Origin: Bacilli bacterium
Lineage (GTDB): Bacteria > Bacillota_I > Bacilli_A > RFN20 > CAG-826
Direction of reading: 5' to 3'
Length of the DNA: 64,000 bases
Assembly (NCBI GenBank): GCA_024408335.1
Contig: JAKSVB010000007.1
Coordinates: forward strand, 18,408 to 82,407
Shown here: positions 19,155-28,529 of the stretch, in pieces
How the letters are laid out: every line of letters starts with the position of its first letter
Numbering within the stretch: the first letter of the stretch is position 1
Notes under the pieces: model-generated
Seen by the model: only the letters and a program-made list of their open reading frames with translations
Database searches by the model: none
What the model was told of the DNA's origin: nothing
Translations under genes and position numbers: made by a program

Positions 19155-20231
19155 TTATTCATCTAATATGATTTCTCCATTGCTATCGAAATATGGAAGG
19201 ACGTTTTCCTTTAAGCAAGGGTCGCCTGGGAAGAAAGTAAGATCCACGACGTTTTCAAAATAGGTTTTGAAGGTTGGTTGAATATATTCGCCTTTATGAA
19301 GAAGGAAGACTCCGTGCTCGTTCTTTTTCACGAATGCGTCGTTCTCCATATCGTAATAGTATTCATTCTCCTCACTCTCTAGATCTGGATACCTTTCAAT
19401 AAGAGACAGGCTCTTAAAGTAATAAAGAGACTTTGGTGAGTGTTTCTCTCCATTACGGGTTTCATCAAGGTTATCTAAGAGATCGCCTCTTTTGACTGCT
19501 CTAGCGATATCGTTTTTAGCGATTTTAAGAACATATTTGAGATATGGTACGTTCTTTTCGTGGGTTAAGAGCCCTACCGCTTTAATGACATCTGCTGGTA
19601 TTCCTTTTTCTAAAAGAACTTCAGGAGAAAAGATATCTCCATGGTCTTCAATCACATCATGAAGAAGGGCTGTAGCAATGGCTTTTTCTTCGTTGCAACG
19701 AAGAGCCACTCTAATAGGGTGATATATATAAGGCATCCCACCTTTATCCACATCGTTTTTGAAAGCGTCATAAGCGATTTCAAACGCTAAAACGGTTAAT
19801 GGAGTTTCCATTAACCCCCTACTAAAGAAAGCGTAAAGCTTTACGTCTTCCTTCTCTTCTTCGTTTTTGATGAGGTAAAGAGCCTCTTCTTTTAAAGAAG
19901 AGATAAGATTATCAATTGTTTCATTAAATAAACCCGCATCAAAAACGCTGGAATCTTTGATGTAGGAATAATGATAAGCGCTTAGTATGGTGAGTTTTTC
20001 GAGTAACGAATATTCGTCAAAAGATTCCTTTTCTTTAAGAGGATCAAAGCCACTAGGAAAAGACGCATTGGCGATAATGAGACCTGATTTATCAAGAGCC
20101 TCCTTAAAGTGAGCGCGTCCTTCATGCTTCTTCCCTTGAATGCCCCTAGTAATTTTAGGAGCCTCAGGGAGAGCGAGAATCGACTCATAGGTCAAATGGC
20201 TATAAACGAAATCCTTCTCTAGAAAAGTCAT
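19155..20231 (-). CDS. HD-domain protein of the RelA/SpoT-hydrolase (small alarmone hydrolase-like) type with extra N- and C-terminal regions
   Basis: The central region YIYHPIRVALRC...ALLHDVIEDHGD...KRGDLLDNL matches the (p)ppGpp-hydrolase HD fold. The flanking ~165 aa (N) and ~90 aa (C) are unassigned. Confidence 0.6.
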   Translation of the reverse strand: MTFLEKDFVYSHLTYESILALPEAPKITRGIQGKKHEGRAHFKEALDKSGLIIANASFPSGFDPLKEKESFDEYSLLEKLTILSAYHYSYIKDSSVFDAGLFNETIDNLISSLKEEALYLIKNEEEKEDVKLYAFFSRGLMETPLTVLAFEIAYDAFKNDVDKGGMPYIYHPIRVALRCNEEKAIATALLHDVIEDHGDIFSPEVLLEKGIPADVIKAVGLLTHEKNVPYLKYVLKIAKNDIARAVKRGDLLDNLDETRNGEKHSPKSLYYFKSLSLIERYPDLESEENEYYYDMENDAFVKKNEHGVFLLHKGEYIQPTFKTYFENVVDLTFFPGDPCLKENVLPYFDSNGEIILDE

Positions 20232-20236
20232 GTATT

Positions 20237-21952
20237 TTATTCTGCCTCAAGAGGTACGAAATCGAATTTGATGACGTCGAAGAGTCCTTTGTCGACTAAG
20301 CGGAGATGAGGAATGACGGCAAGAGAGAGGAAGGTAAGAGAGAAGAAAGCTTCTTTGTTCTTATCAACGCCCATATCGTATGCCTTATCGGCAAGCTTCT
20401 TGCTTTGTTCTTGGACGATTTCGCTTGCTTCGCTAGACATGAGTCCTGCGATATCGAATTTGACTGAATCGACAGTTCCTTTTTCCTTATCAACGATAAC
20501 CATGCCACCGCCGATTTTTGCGAGTTCATTGACTGCTTTTAAGATGCATTCATTATCGTCGCCAAGAATGATGATATTGTGTGAATCGTGAGCGACTGAG
20601 ATACCCATTGCACCGCCTTTAAAGCCATAGCCTTTGATGAGAGCTTTGCCAATGTTTCCAGTCATCTTATGCCTTTCGACAACGATCATTTTAAGTAAAT
20701 CGGTTCCTTCAAGGGTGACATCTCCATCCTTTGAAGCGACCTCAATTATGGCTTCGCCAGTCATAACGCCGCTAGATTCAGTTGTCATGACTCTAGCCTT
20801 CTTTGATTTGATTTCGATTTTGAAATCATCGGCCTTGAATTCTTTAACGTGAACGGTGTTCTTAACGAATTCTGGAAGATAGCGTTTTGAGGTATCGAAT
20901 AAGGCTTTGCCGTTTTCTGCAACAACTTCGCCATCCTTAAGGACTAAGAGAGGTTTGAAGTCCTTAAGATCTTCGACCACAACAAGGTCAGCATAGTAGA
21001 AAGGTGCGATGGCGCCTCTATATTTGAGACCATAGCATTCGCAAGCGTTGATGGTGCCGCAAGCGACAGCAAGGACTGGATCTAGACCTGCTTCGACTGC
21101 TCTTTTAAGAGCATTATCAAGGTGTCCTGCTTTTTTGATATCGGCAGCGTGTCTATCGTCGGTACAAAGAATGACACGGCGGTAGTTATATGGGGTGATG
21201 GCCTTAACAAGATCCATATTTCTAGTATATGAGCCAATACGGAGGTGGCAGTAAACGCCTTTGGAGATCTTTTCTCTCATCTCCTCTACTGTGATGCATT
21301 CATGATCTGTGGAGATGCCACCACAAAGGTAACCGTTAAGCTCGTCTCCAGTTAAAAGTGGAGCGTGGCCATCGATGATCTTGCCTGCAGCGTGAGTTGC
21401 TTCGAGTTTCTTTAAGGTATCTGGATCGCACATCAAAACAGAAGGATATGCCATGAATTCACCAAGTCCATTAATGTTTTGATTGACGATGTTTTCAGCG
21501 ATTTCTTTGCCTCCAAGAATAGCGCCGCTAGTCTCATAAGGAGTTGCAGGGACGCAGCTAGGAAGTTGGACTTTAATATCAAGAGGGACGTTCTTTGAAG
21601 CTTCAACGACGTAGTTGACACCATTCATTCCAAGGACGTTTGCGAGCTCATGAGGATCGGCGATGATTGTTGTTGTACCATGAGGTACGATCATGGCAGC
21701 GAATTCTTCAGGTGTAGCTTGTGAGGATTCGATATGGACATGACCATCAACGAGTCCTGGAAGGACGTATTTTCCTTTACAGTCGATCTCTTTTTTACCA
21801 GAGTAGACGCCATAACCGACGATTTTGTCATCTTTGATACCGATGTCACCGGTCTTGATGTTTCCATCGAAAACATCAACGAAAGAAGCGTTCTTAAGAA
21901 CCAAATCGCATTCGGTTTCTTTTAACGCGGCTTTGATATACTTTTCAAGCAT
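20237..21952 (-). CDS. ade: Adenine deaminase
   Basis: LPGLVDGHVHIESS, IADPHE and GISTDHE motifs. The start is set at the ATG at 21952 (MLEKYIKAAL), preceded by GAGAGG. Confidence 0.9.
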   Translation of the reverse strand: MLEKYIKAALKETECDLVLKNASFVDVFDGNIKTGDIGIKDDKIVGYGVYSGKKEIDCKGKYVLPGLVDGHVHIESSQATPEEFAAMIVPHGTTTIIADPHELANVLGMNGVNYVVEASKNVPLDIKVQLPSCVPATPYETSGAILGGKEIAENIVNQNINGLGEFMAYPSVLMCDPDTLKKLEATHAAGKIIDGHAPLLTGDELNGYLCGGISTDHECITVEEMREKISKGVYCHLRIGSYTRNMDLVKAITPYNYRRVILCTDDRHAADIKKAGHLDNALKRAVEAGLDPVLAVACGTINACECYGLKYRGAIAPFYYADLVVVEDLKDFKPLLVLKDGEVVAENGKALFDTSKRYLPEFVKNTVHVKEFKADDFKIEIKSKKARVMTTESSGVMTGEAIIEVASKDGDVTLEGTDLLKMIVVERHKMTGNIGKALIKGYGFKGGAMGISVAHDSHNIIILGDDNECILKAVNELAKIGGGMVIVDKEKGTVDSVKFDIAGLMSSEASEIVQEQSKKLADKAYDMGVDKNKEAFFSLTFLSLAVIPHLRLVDKGLFDVIKFDFVPLEAE

Positions 21953-22021
21953 GTTAATACCTCTCAATGTTCAATAATATTATAGTTTGAATTTATGTCC
22001 TTTTCACATGAAAGTGGTTAC

Positions 22022-22048
22022 AAAAAAGCCTTGAAGTGATTCAAGGCT
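22022..22048 (-). terminator. Rho-independent terminator after guaA
   Basis: AGCCUUGA-AUCAC-UUCAAGGCU followed by UUUUUUG. Confidence 0.8.
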
Positions 22049-22066
22049 AATTTAATTAAAGATACA

Positions 22067-23614
22067 TCATTCCCACTCAATGGTTGCCGGTGGTTTTGAT
22101 GTGATATCGTAGACGACTCTGTTTGCGTTTTCGACTTCGTTACAGATACGGTTAGAGATCTTTTCGAGGACTTCGTAAGGGATTCTTGCCCAGTCGCAAG
22201 TCATCGCATCGATTGAGGTGACTGCTCTAATGGCAATGACGTTTTCATATGTTCTATGATCGCCCATGACACCGACTGTTTTTGAATTGGTGACAACGGT
22301 GAAGTATTGCCAGATATCTCCTTCTAAGCCAGCTTTTGCAATCTCATCTCTAAGGATGTAGTCGCTATCGCGGAGAGTTTCGAGTTTTTCTCTTGTGACA
22401 TCCCCCATGATACGGACTGCAAGTCCAGGTCCTGGGAAAGGTTGTCTCATGACGGCTTTTGCAGGTAAACCAAGCTCAAAGCCGACTTTTCTAACTTCAT
22501 CTTTGAAGAGGTCTCTAAGAGGTTCGATGATCTCGTCGAAGTCGATGACTGATGGAAGACCGCCGACATTGTGGTGACTCTTGATGACATCAGCTGGGCC
22601 TTTGCCACTTTCGATGACGTCAGGATAGATGGTGCCTTGGACTAAGAAATGGACTTTCTTGCCAAAACCTTTTGAGAAACGTTCGAATGAACGGATGAAT
22701 TCCTCACCGATGATCTTTCTCTTTTTCTCAGCTTCGCTAACACCAGCTAAACGAGAAAGGAAGATTTCGCTTTCATCGAGTTTGATGAGGTTCATGCCAA
22801 GTTCATCTTTGAATGTGTGCATGACTTCCTCTGCTTCATATTTACGGAGTAAGCCATGGTCAACGAAGACACAGGTGAGTTGGTTTCCGACTGCTTTATG
22901 GAGAAGAGTGGCTGCAACGCTAGAATCAACGCCGCCGCTCATCGCGCATAAAACGGTCTTGTCGCCGATCTTTTCTCTAAGTTTGGTGACTTGCTCATTG
23001 ACGAAGTTAGACATTGTCCAGTCGCCTTTAGCCTTACAGACTTCATAAAGGAAGTTCTCTAAGATCTTGTTTCCGTATTCGCTATGGACGACTTCTGGGT
23101 GGAACTGAACGCCATAGATGCCTTTTTCTTCATTTTCGAATGATGCGATTGGGCAAGTGCCAGCTTCGGTTTTGGATGTGGCTTTGAAACCAGCAGGAAC
23201 TTCGCTAACGAAGTCGGTGTGGCTCATCCAGCTGATTGATCTTTCTGGGACGCCTTTCCAAAGTTTGCTTTCGCTACTAGTTCTAACGATTTCACGTTTG
23301 CCATATTCGCTAGTTTCAGCGTGGCTAACGGTGCCGCCTAATGTATAGGCGATAAGTTGGCAGCCATAACAAATGCCAAGAACTGGTATACCGAGTTCAA
23401 GGATGGCTGGATCGATATGAGGCGAGCTCTCTTCATAGACGCTATTAGGGCCACCTGTGAAGATGATGCCGATTGGATTGTATTCCTTGATTTCCTCAAC
23501 GCTCATTGAGTTTGGCTTGAGGTCGCTATAGACGTGAAGGTCTCTGACACGACGGCAGATAAGCTGGTTGTATTGACCTCCGAAGTCAAGGACTAGTACT
23601 CTTTCATGATTCAT
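22067..23614 (-). CDS. guaA: GMP synthase (glutamine-hydrolysing)
   Basis: GATase plus ATP-PPase (SGGVDSSV) plus C-terminal dimerisation domain ending PPATIEWE. Start at [15 protein letters not shown] (23614) with an AAGGAAGG RBS. Confidence 0.96.
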   Translation of the reverse strand: MNHERVLVLDFGGQYNQLICRRVRDLHVYSDLKPNSMSVEEIKEYNPIGIIFTGGPNSVYEESSPHIDPAILELGIPVLGICYGCQLIAYTLGGTVSHAETSEYGKREIVRTSSESKLWKGVPERSISWMSHTDFVSEVPAGFKATSKTEAGTCPIASFENEEKGIYGVQFHPEVVHSEYGNKILENFLYEVCKAKGDWTMSNFVNEQVTKLREKIGDKTVLCAMSGGVDSSVAATLLHKAVGNQLTCVFVDHGLLRKYEAEEVMHTFKDELGMNLIKLDESEIFLSRLAGVSEAEKKRKIIGEEFIRSFERFSKGFGKKVHFLVQGTIYPDVIESGKGPADVIKSHHNVGGLPSVIDFDEIIEPLRDLFKDEVRKVGFELGLPAKAVMRQPFPGPGLAVRIMGDVTREKLETLRDSDYILRDEIAKAGLEGDIWQYFTVVTNSKTVGVMGDHRTYENVIAIRAVTSIDAMTCDWARIPYEVLEKISNRICNEVENANRVVYDITSKPPATIEWE

Positions 23615-23691
23615 TTTTGTACCTTCCTTTGTTCCATTATGATAACGCATATTAATGTAGGACATTAATTGAAAGCGCTTTATGAGTTAAA

Positions 23692-25530
23692 TTATTCGAC
23701 TGTGACTGATTTAGCAAGGTTACGTGGCTTGTCAACGTTAAGTCCCTTAGCGACACTTAAATAGTAGCTAAGAAGTTGAAGAGGGATGATGGCAAGAGAC
23801 GTCGTGAAGTATCTTGAAGTTGTTGGGATATAGCTAACGAATTCAGAAATATCTTCGAATGTCTTATTGTCTTCGTTGGTGATGCCATAAAGCTTAGCGC
23901 CTCTAGTTTGAACTTCGACCATGTTGGATCTGATTTTCTTATAGAGGTCTTCTTGGGTGGCAACGCCTACGACAAGCGTTCCTTCTTCGATAAGCGAGAT
24001 TGGACCATGCTTGATTTCGCCAGCGGCATAAGCCTCACTATGGACATATGAGATTTCCTTCATCTTGAGGGATCCTTCAAGAGAGATGCCATAGTCGATG
24101 CCTCTACCGATGAAGTACATATCGCTAGCGCCGGCGTACTTTGAGGCGAACCATTGGATCTTTTCCTTATCTTTGATGACGGTTTCGATTTGTTCAGGAA
24201 GCTTCTTAAGGTCTTCGATCATCGAATCGTATTCATCTTTGATGATGGTGTTCTTTGCTAAAGCAAAGTTCATTGCTAAAGCGTAGATAGCGATAAGCTG
24301 CGCGCTATAAGCTTTGGTTGTAGCAACAGCGATTTCTGGACCGGCCAAGGTATAGAAGACGTGATTGGCTTCTCTAGCGATTGATGAACCGATTACATTA
24401 ACGATGCCAAGAGTTGTAGCGCCATGTTGCTTAGCGAGTCTAAGAGCCGCTAAAGAATCTGCGGTTTCTCCTGATTGAGAGATGATGATGACAAGGTCGT
24501 CTTTGCCAACGACTGGGCATCTATAACGGTATTCTGAAGCAAGTTCAATGCGAACTGGAACCCTAACTAGGTCCTCGAAAACGTATTGACCAACAACACC
24601 GACGTGATAAGCGGAACCGCAAGCGACGATGTGGATGTTCTTAAACGATTTGATCGCCTCATCGGTGATACCAATGCTATCAAGATCGAGTTTACCGTTC
24701 TTAAGGACGCTATTAAGAGTGTCGGCGACGGCTCTTGGTTGCTCGTGGATTTCTTTGATCATGAAGTGCTCATAACCGCCGCGTTCAGCAGCATCGACAT
24801 CCCACATGATCTCAGTCATTGGGATTTCGATTTGCTCTTGGTCGATATCAAAGAATTCGGCTTTGCCTGCCTCGATTCTTGCGACTTGCATGTTGTCTAA
24901 GAAATAGACTTGCTTGGTGTATTTGATGATTGGGGTAACGTCACTTGCTAAGAATGTCTCATCGTCTTTGACACCGACAACGAGTGGTGACTCGTTTCTA
25001 GCGGCGAAAATGACGCCTGGGTATTCTTTGAACATTACCGCAAAGGCGTATGAACCAGTGATTCTTCTCATCGCGTGAGTGATCGCGTAGAGAGGTCCTT
25101 GCTGGTATTTTTTGTAATAATAGTCAATGAGTTTTGCGGCAACTTCGCTGTCTGTTTGACCATAGAATTTGTATTTGTGCTTTAAGAGTTTCTCTTTAAG
25201 CTCGGCATAGTTTTCGATGATGCCGTTATGGACAAGAGTTACGTTGTGATCGTCAGAAATATGAGGGTGAGCGTTGTTCTCGCTTGGTTCGCCGTGTGTT
25301 GCCCATCTAGTGTGGCCAATACCTAAAGTGCCCACAAGGTCATTTCCTTCGTGGGTGCGTTCGCTTAAAACGGAAAGCCTTCCTTTTGCCTTAGCGACAA
25401 CTGGATCTTTTTCCTCTAAGCGGACTGCGATGCCTGCGCTATCATAGCCACGGTATTCGAGTTTGGTGAGTCCTTCTAAAAGGATTGGGCCGGCTTGGCG
25501 CTTGCCATTATAACCAACGATCCCACACAT
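23692..25530 (-). CDS. glmS: Glutamine--fructose-6-phosphate aminotransferase
   Basis: MCGIVGY N-terminal nucleophile, two SIS domains, C-terminus ...AKSVTVE. Confidence 0.97.
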   Translation of the reverse strand: MCGIVGYNGKRQAGPILLEGLTKLEYRGYDSAGIAVRLEEKDPVVAKAKGRLSVLSERTHEGNDLVGTLGIGHTRWATHGEPSENNAHPHISDDHNVTLVHNGIIENYAELKEKLLKHKYKFYGQTDSEVAAKLIDYYYKKYQQGPLYAITHAMRRITGSYAFAVMFKEYPGVIFAARNESPLVVGVKDDETFLASDVTPIIKYTKQVYFLDNMQVARIEAGKAEFFDIDQEQIEIPMTEIMWDVDAAERGGYEHFMIKEIHEQPRAVADTLNSVLKNGKLDLDSIGITDEAIKSFKNIHIVACGSAYHVGVVGQYVFEDLVRVPVRIELASEYRYRCPVVGKDDLVIIISQSGETADSLAALRLAKQHGATTLGIVNVIGSSIAREANHVFYTLAGPEIAVATTKAYSAQLIAIYALAMNFALAKNTIIKDEYDSMIEDLKKLPEQIETVIKDKEKIQWFASKYAGASDMYFIGRGIDYGISLEGSLKMKEISYVHSEAYAAGEIKHGPISLIEEGTLVVGVATQEDLYKKIRSNMVEVQTRGAKLYGITNEDNKTFEDISEFVSYIPTTSRYFTTSLAIIPLQLLSYYLSVAKGLNVDKPRNLAKSVTVE

Positions 25531-27134
25531 TACTTAATGCCCTTTCTTGCTTTTGCAGCCTTAACAAGCTCAACGAATAATGGTTGTGGTTTGTTAGGAC
25601 GTGATTTGAATTCTGGGTGGAACTGAACACCGATGTAGTGTGGGTGGGCAGGGATTTCGACTGTCTCGACGATTGTGCCACCATCGAGTTGACCGGTGAC
25701 CTTTAAGCCCTTGGCCTCAAGTTCCTCGCGGAATTCGCTATTGTATTCGTATCTATGACGGTGACGTTCACTGATGACTTCTTCACCATAAGCTCTTTCC
25801 ATGATTGTGCCTTTAACAACACGGCATGGATATGCGCCTAAACGCATTGTGCCACCTTTTGTTTCGACGCTCTTTTGAGCTTCCATAAGGTCAATGACCT
25901 TGTGCGTTGATTCAGGAGCGAATTCAGCGCTATGTGCGTCTTTGTAACCAAGGACGTTTCTTGCGAATTCAATAACGGCGATTTGCATACCAAGGCAGAT
26001 GCCAAAGTATGGAAGACCGGTTTCACGGCAGTATTTTGCGGAAAGGATCATGCCTTCGATGCCACGGTTTCCAAATCCTCCTGGAACGATGACACCATCG
26101 ACGTCGCCTAGTTTTTCTGCGACATTCTCTTCGGTGATGAATTCACTATCAACCCATTTGATCTTGACGTTGACGTGTTCTTTGAATGAAGCGTGGTTGA
26201 ATGATTCGACGACTGAGAGGTAAGCGTCTTCGAGGGCAACGTATTTGCCAACAAGAGCGATTACGACTTCTCCTCTTCTTGTTCTTTCGTCGACGATGAC
26301 CTTTTCCCAATCAGTCATATCTGGTTCAGGAAGTTCTAAGCCAAGAGTTCTACAAACGACGTCATCTAAGCCTTTTTCGTGAAGGAAGACTGGGCATTCG
26401 TAAAGGGATGAAAGGGTAAGGTTTTCGATGACTGCATCTTTCTCAACATTACAGAAGAGAGCAATCTTATCAAGGATGCCTTGATTTAAGTGACGGTCAG
26501 CACGAGCGACGATGATATTTGGGTGGATACCAAGTGATTCGAGGGTTCTTACTGAGTGTTGGGTAGGTTTGGTTTTGTGTTCTTTTGCGAACTCAAGATA
26601 TGGAACGAGGGTAACGTGGATGAAGCAGCAATCGTTTCTATGTTCGATGCTGATTTGACGGATGGCCTCTAAGAATGCTTGTGATTCGATGTCGCCGATG
26701 GTACCGCCGATTTCAGTGATGAGGACATCGCATCCGGTCATCTCTGCTTCCTTATAAAGGTAGGCTTTGATTCTATCGGTGACGTGAGGGATGATCTGAA
26801 CGGTCTTGCCAAGATAGAAGCCTTCTCTTTCCTTTTGAAGGACCTTTTGGTAGATACGTCCACTTGTGATATTTGAGTATTTATTAAGAGATTCGTCGAT
26901 GAATCTTTCGTAGTGGCCTAAGTCAAGATCTGTTTCAAGACCATCATCGGTGACGAAAACCTCACCGTGTTGGACAGGGTTCATTGTGCCTGGGTCAACG
27001 TTTAAATATGGGTCACACTTAACAACAGCGACTTTGAGTCCTCTATTTTTAAGAAGACGGCCAAGAGAGGCAGCTGTGATGCCTTTTCCGAGTCCTGAAA
27101 CGACTCCTCCTGTGACAAAAATGAATTTGCTCAT
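25530..27134 (-). CDS. pyrG: CTP synthase
   Basis: [19 protein letters not shown]..., GICLGMQ, HRHRYE. Confidence 0.97.
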   Translation of the reverse strand: MSKFIFVTGGVVSGLGKGITAASLGRLLKNRGLKVAVVKCDPYLNVDPGTMNPVQHGEVFVTDDGLETDLDLGHYERFIDESLNKYSNITSGRIYQKVLQKEREGFYLGKTVQIIPHVTDRIKAYLYKEAEMTGCDVLITEIGGTIGDIESQAFLEAIRQISIEHRNDCCFIHVTLVPYLEFAKEHKTKPTQHSVRTLESLGIHPNIIVARADRHLNQGILDKIALFCNVEKDAVIENLTLSSLYECPVFLHEKGLDDVVCRTLGLELPEPDMTDWEKVIVDERTRRGEVVIALVGKYVALEDAYLSVVESFNHASFKEHVNVKIKWVDSEFITEENVAEKLGDVDGVIVPGGFGNRGIEGMILSAKYCRETGLPYFGICLGMQIAVIEFARNVLGYKDAHSAEFAPESTHKVIDLMEAQKSVETKGGTMRLGAYPCRVVKGTIMERAYGEEVISERHRHRYEYNSEFREELEAKGLKVTGQLDGGTIVETVEIPAHPHYIGVQFHPEFKSRPNKPQPLFVELVKAAKARKGIK

Positions 27135-27212
27135 ATTTGTTTTCCTTTCAATTTTTGTTCTTCTTATTACCTAAATAGACCTAGAGCATCAACTCCAGGT
27201 CATATTAGTTAT

Positions 27213-28487
27213 TTAGCGATAGATAATTTCGTCTCTTGCAGCACCTACTGAAACGTAAGTGATTGGAGCGCCGATTTGTTTCTCAACAAATTCGATGTAG
27301 TTACGAGCTTCAATAGGAAGTTCTTCGTATTTTCTACATTTGGAGATATCGCACTTCCAACCTGGCATCTTGATGTAGACAGGTTCGCAATCGTTTAACA
27401 TCGATGGGAATGGGAAGTAATCGATTTCTTCGCCTTTGTGCTTATAAGCGACGCAGAGTGGGATTTCTTCCATGTAAGAAAGAACGTCCATCTTAGTTAA
27501 AGCGATATCGGTAGTGCCTTGAACTTCGACACCGTATCTAGTAGCGACGAGGTCAATTGGGCCAACTCTTCTTGGACGGCCTGTCTTAGCACCGTATTCG
27601 AAGCCTGCTTCTCTAAGTTTGTCTGCTTCTTCGCCAAACCATTCAGCGACGAATGGGCCTTCGCCAACACATGTTGAGTAGGCTTTGACAACGCCGATGA
27701 TCTTTTCGATCTTAGCGCTTGGGCAGCCTGAACCAACTGGAGCGAATGCTGCGGTTGTATTTGAGCTTGTGGTAAATGGGTGAATGCCAAAGTCAAGATC
27801 TCTAAGTGAACCGAGTTGAGCTTCGAAGAGGATTGATTTTCCTGCTTTGTTGCTTTCTCTTAATAAGCGACCTGTATCTTTGATGAATGGCTTAAGTTTC
27901 TCGCCATAGTCATCGAGGTAAGCGAATATGTCTTCGACAGTGTAGGTTTTGCCACCATACACCTTTTCGAGAACGAGGTTCTTGAAGTCGAGGATGGTTT
28001 CGATGTGTTCTTTGAGAGCGTCTCTATGAACGATCTCACCTGCTAAGATGGTCTTCTTTGAGTATTTGTCTGCGTAGAATGGTGCAATGCCTTGCTTTGT
28101 TGAGCCAAATGCACGGTCTGCGAGTCTAAGTTCTTCGAGTTGGTCAAGGTCTTTGTGCCATGGCATAAGGACTGAGCAGCGATCGCTGATGACGACGTTG
28201 TCAGGAGTGATCTCAACGCCTTGGGCTCTAACTTGCTCGATTTCCTTCCAAAGGTTTTCAAGATCAAGAGCAACGCCATTACCTAAAACGTTAATGACGC
28301 CATCTCTGAAGATGCCGCTTGGAAGAAGGTGAAGAGCGAATTTGCCCTTTTCGTTGATGACTGTGTGCCCTGCGTTGCCACCACCTTGGTATCTGACAAC
28401 GATATCGTAGCTTTCGGTAAGAAGGTCGACCATACGGCCTTTGCCTTCATCACCCCAGTTGATGCCTACAATAGCGCAATTATTCAT
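27213..28487 (-). CDS. purA: Adenylosuccinate synthase
   Basis: GINWGDEGKGRMVD, GGNAGHT, GTTKQGIAP-like STKQGIAP. Confidence 0.96.
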   Translation of the reverse strand: MNNCAIVGINWGDEGKGRMVDLLTESYDIVVRYQGGGNAGHTVINEKGKFALHLLPSGIFRDGVINVLGNGVALDLENLWKEIEQVRAQGVEITPDNVVISDRCSVLMPWHKDLDQLEELRLADRAFGSTKQGIAPFYADKYSKKTILAGEIVHRDALKEHIETILDFKNLVLEKVYGGKTYTVEDIFAYLDDYGEKLKPFIKDTGRLLRESNKAGKSILFEAQLGSLRDLDFGIHPFTTSSNTTAAFAPVGSGCPSAKIEKIIGVVKAYSTCVGEGPFVAEWFGEEADKLREAGFEYGAKTGRPRRVGPIDLVATRYGVEVQGTTDIALTKMDVLSYMEEIPLCVAYKHKGEEIDYFPFPSMLNDCEPVYIKMPGWKCDISKCRKYEELPIEARNYIEFVEKQIGAPITYVSVGAARDEIIYR

Positions 28488-28529
28488 AAATGCTTGTATC
28501 TCCTTGTTAATTAAATCATTGATTTAATA

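Noticed and set aside
23615-23691. Searched the upstream regions of guaA, purA, ade and guaD for purine/guanine riboswitches
   Set aside because: The spacers are too short (40-115 nt, partly occupied by terminators and promoters). None shows the conserved three-way-junction sequence pattern.
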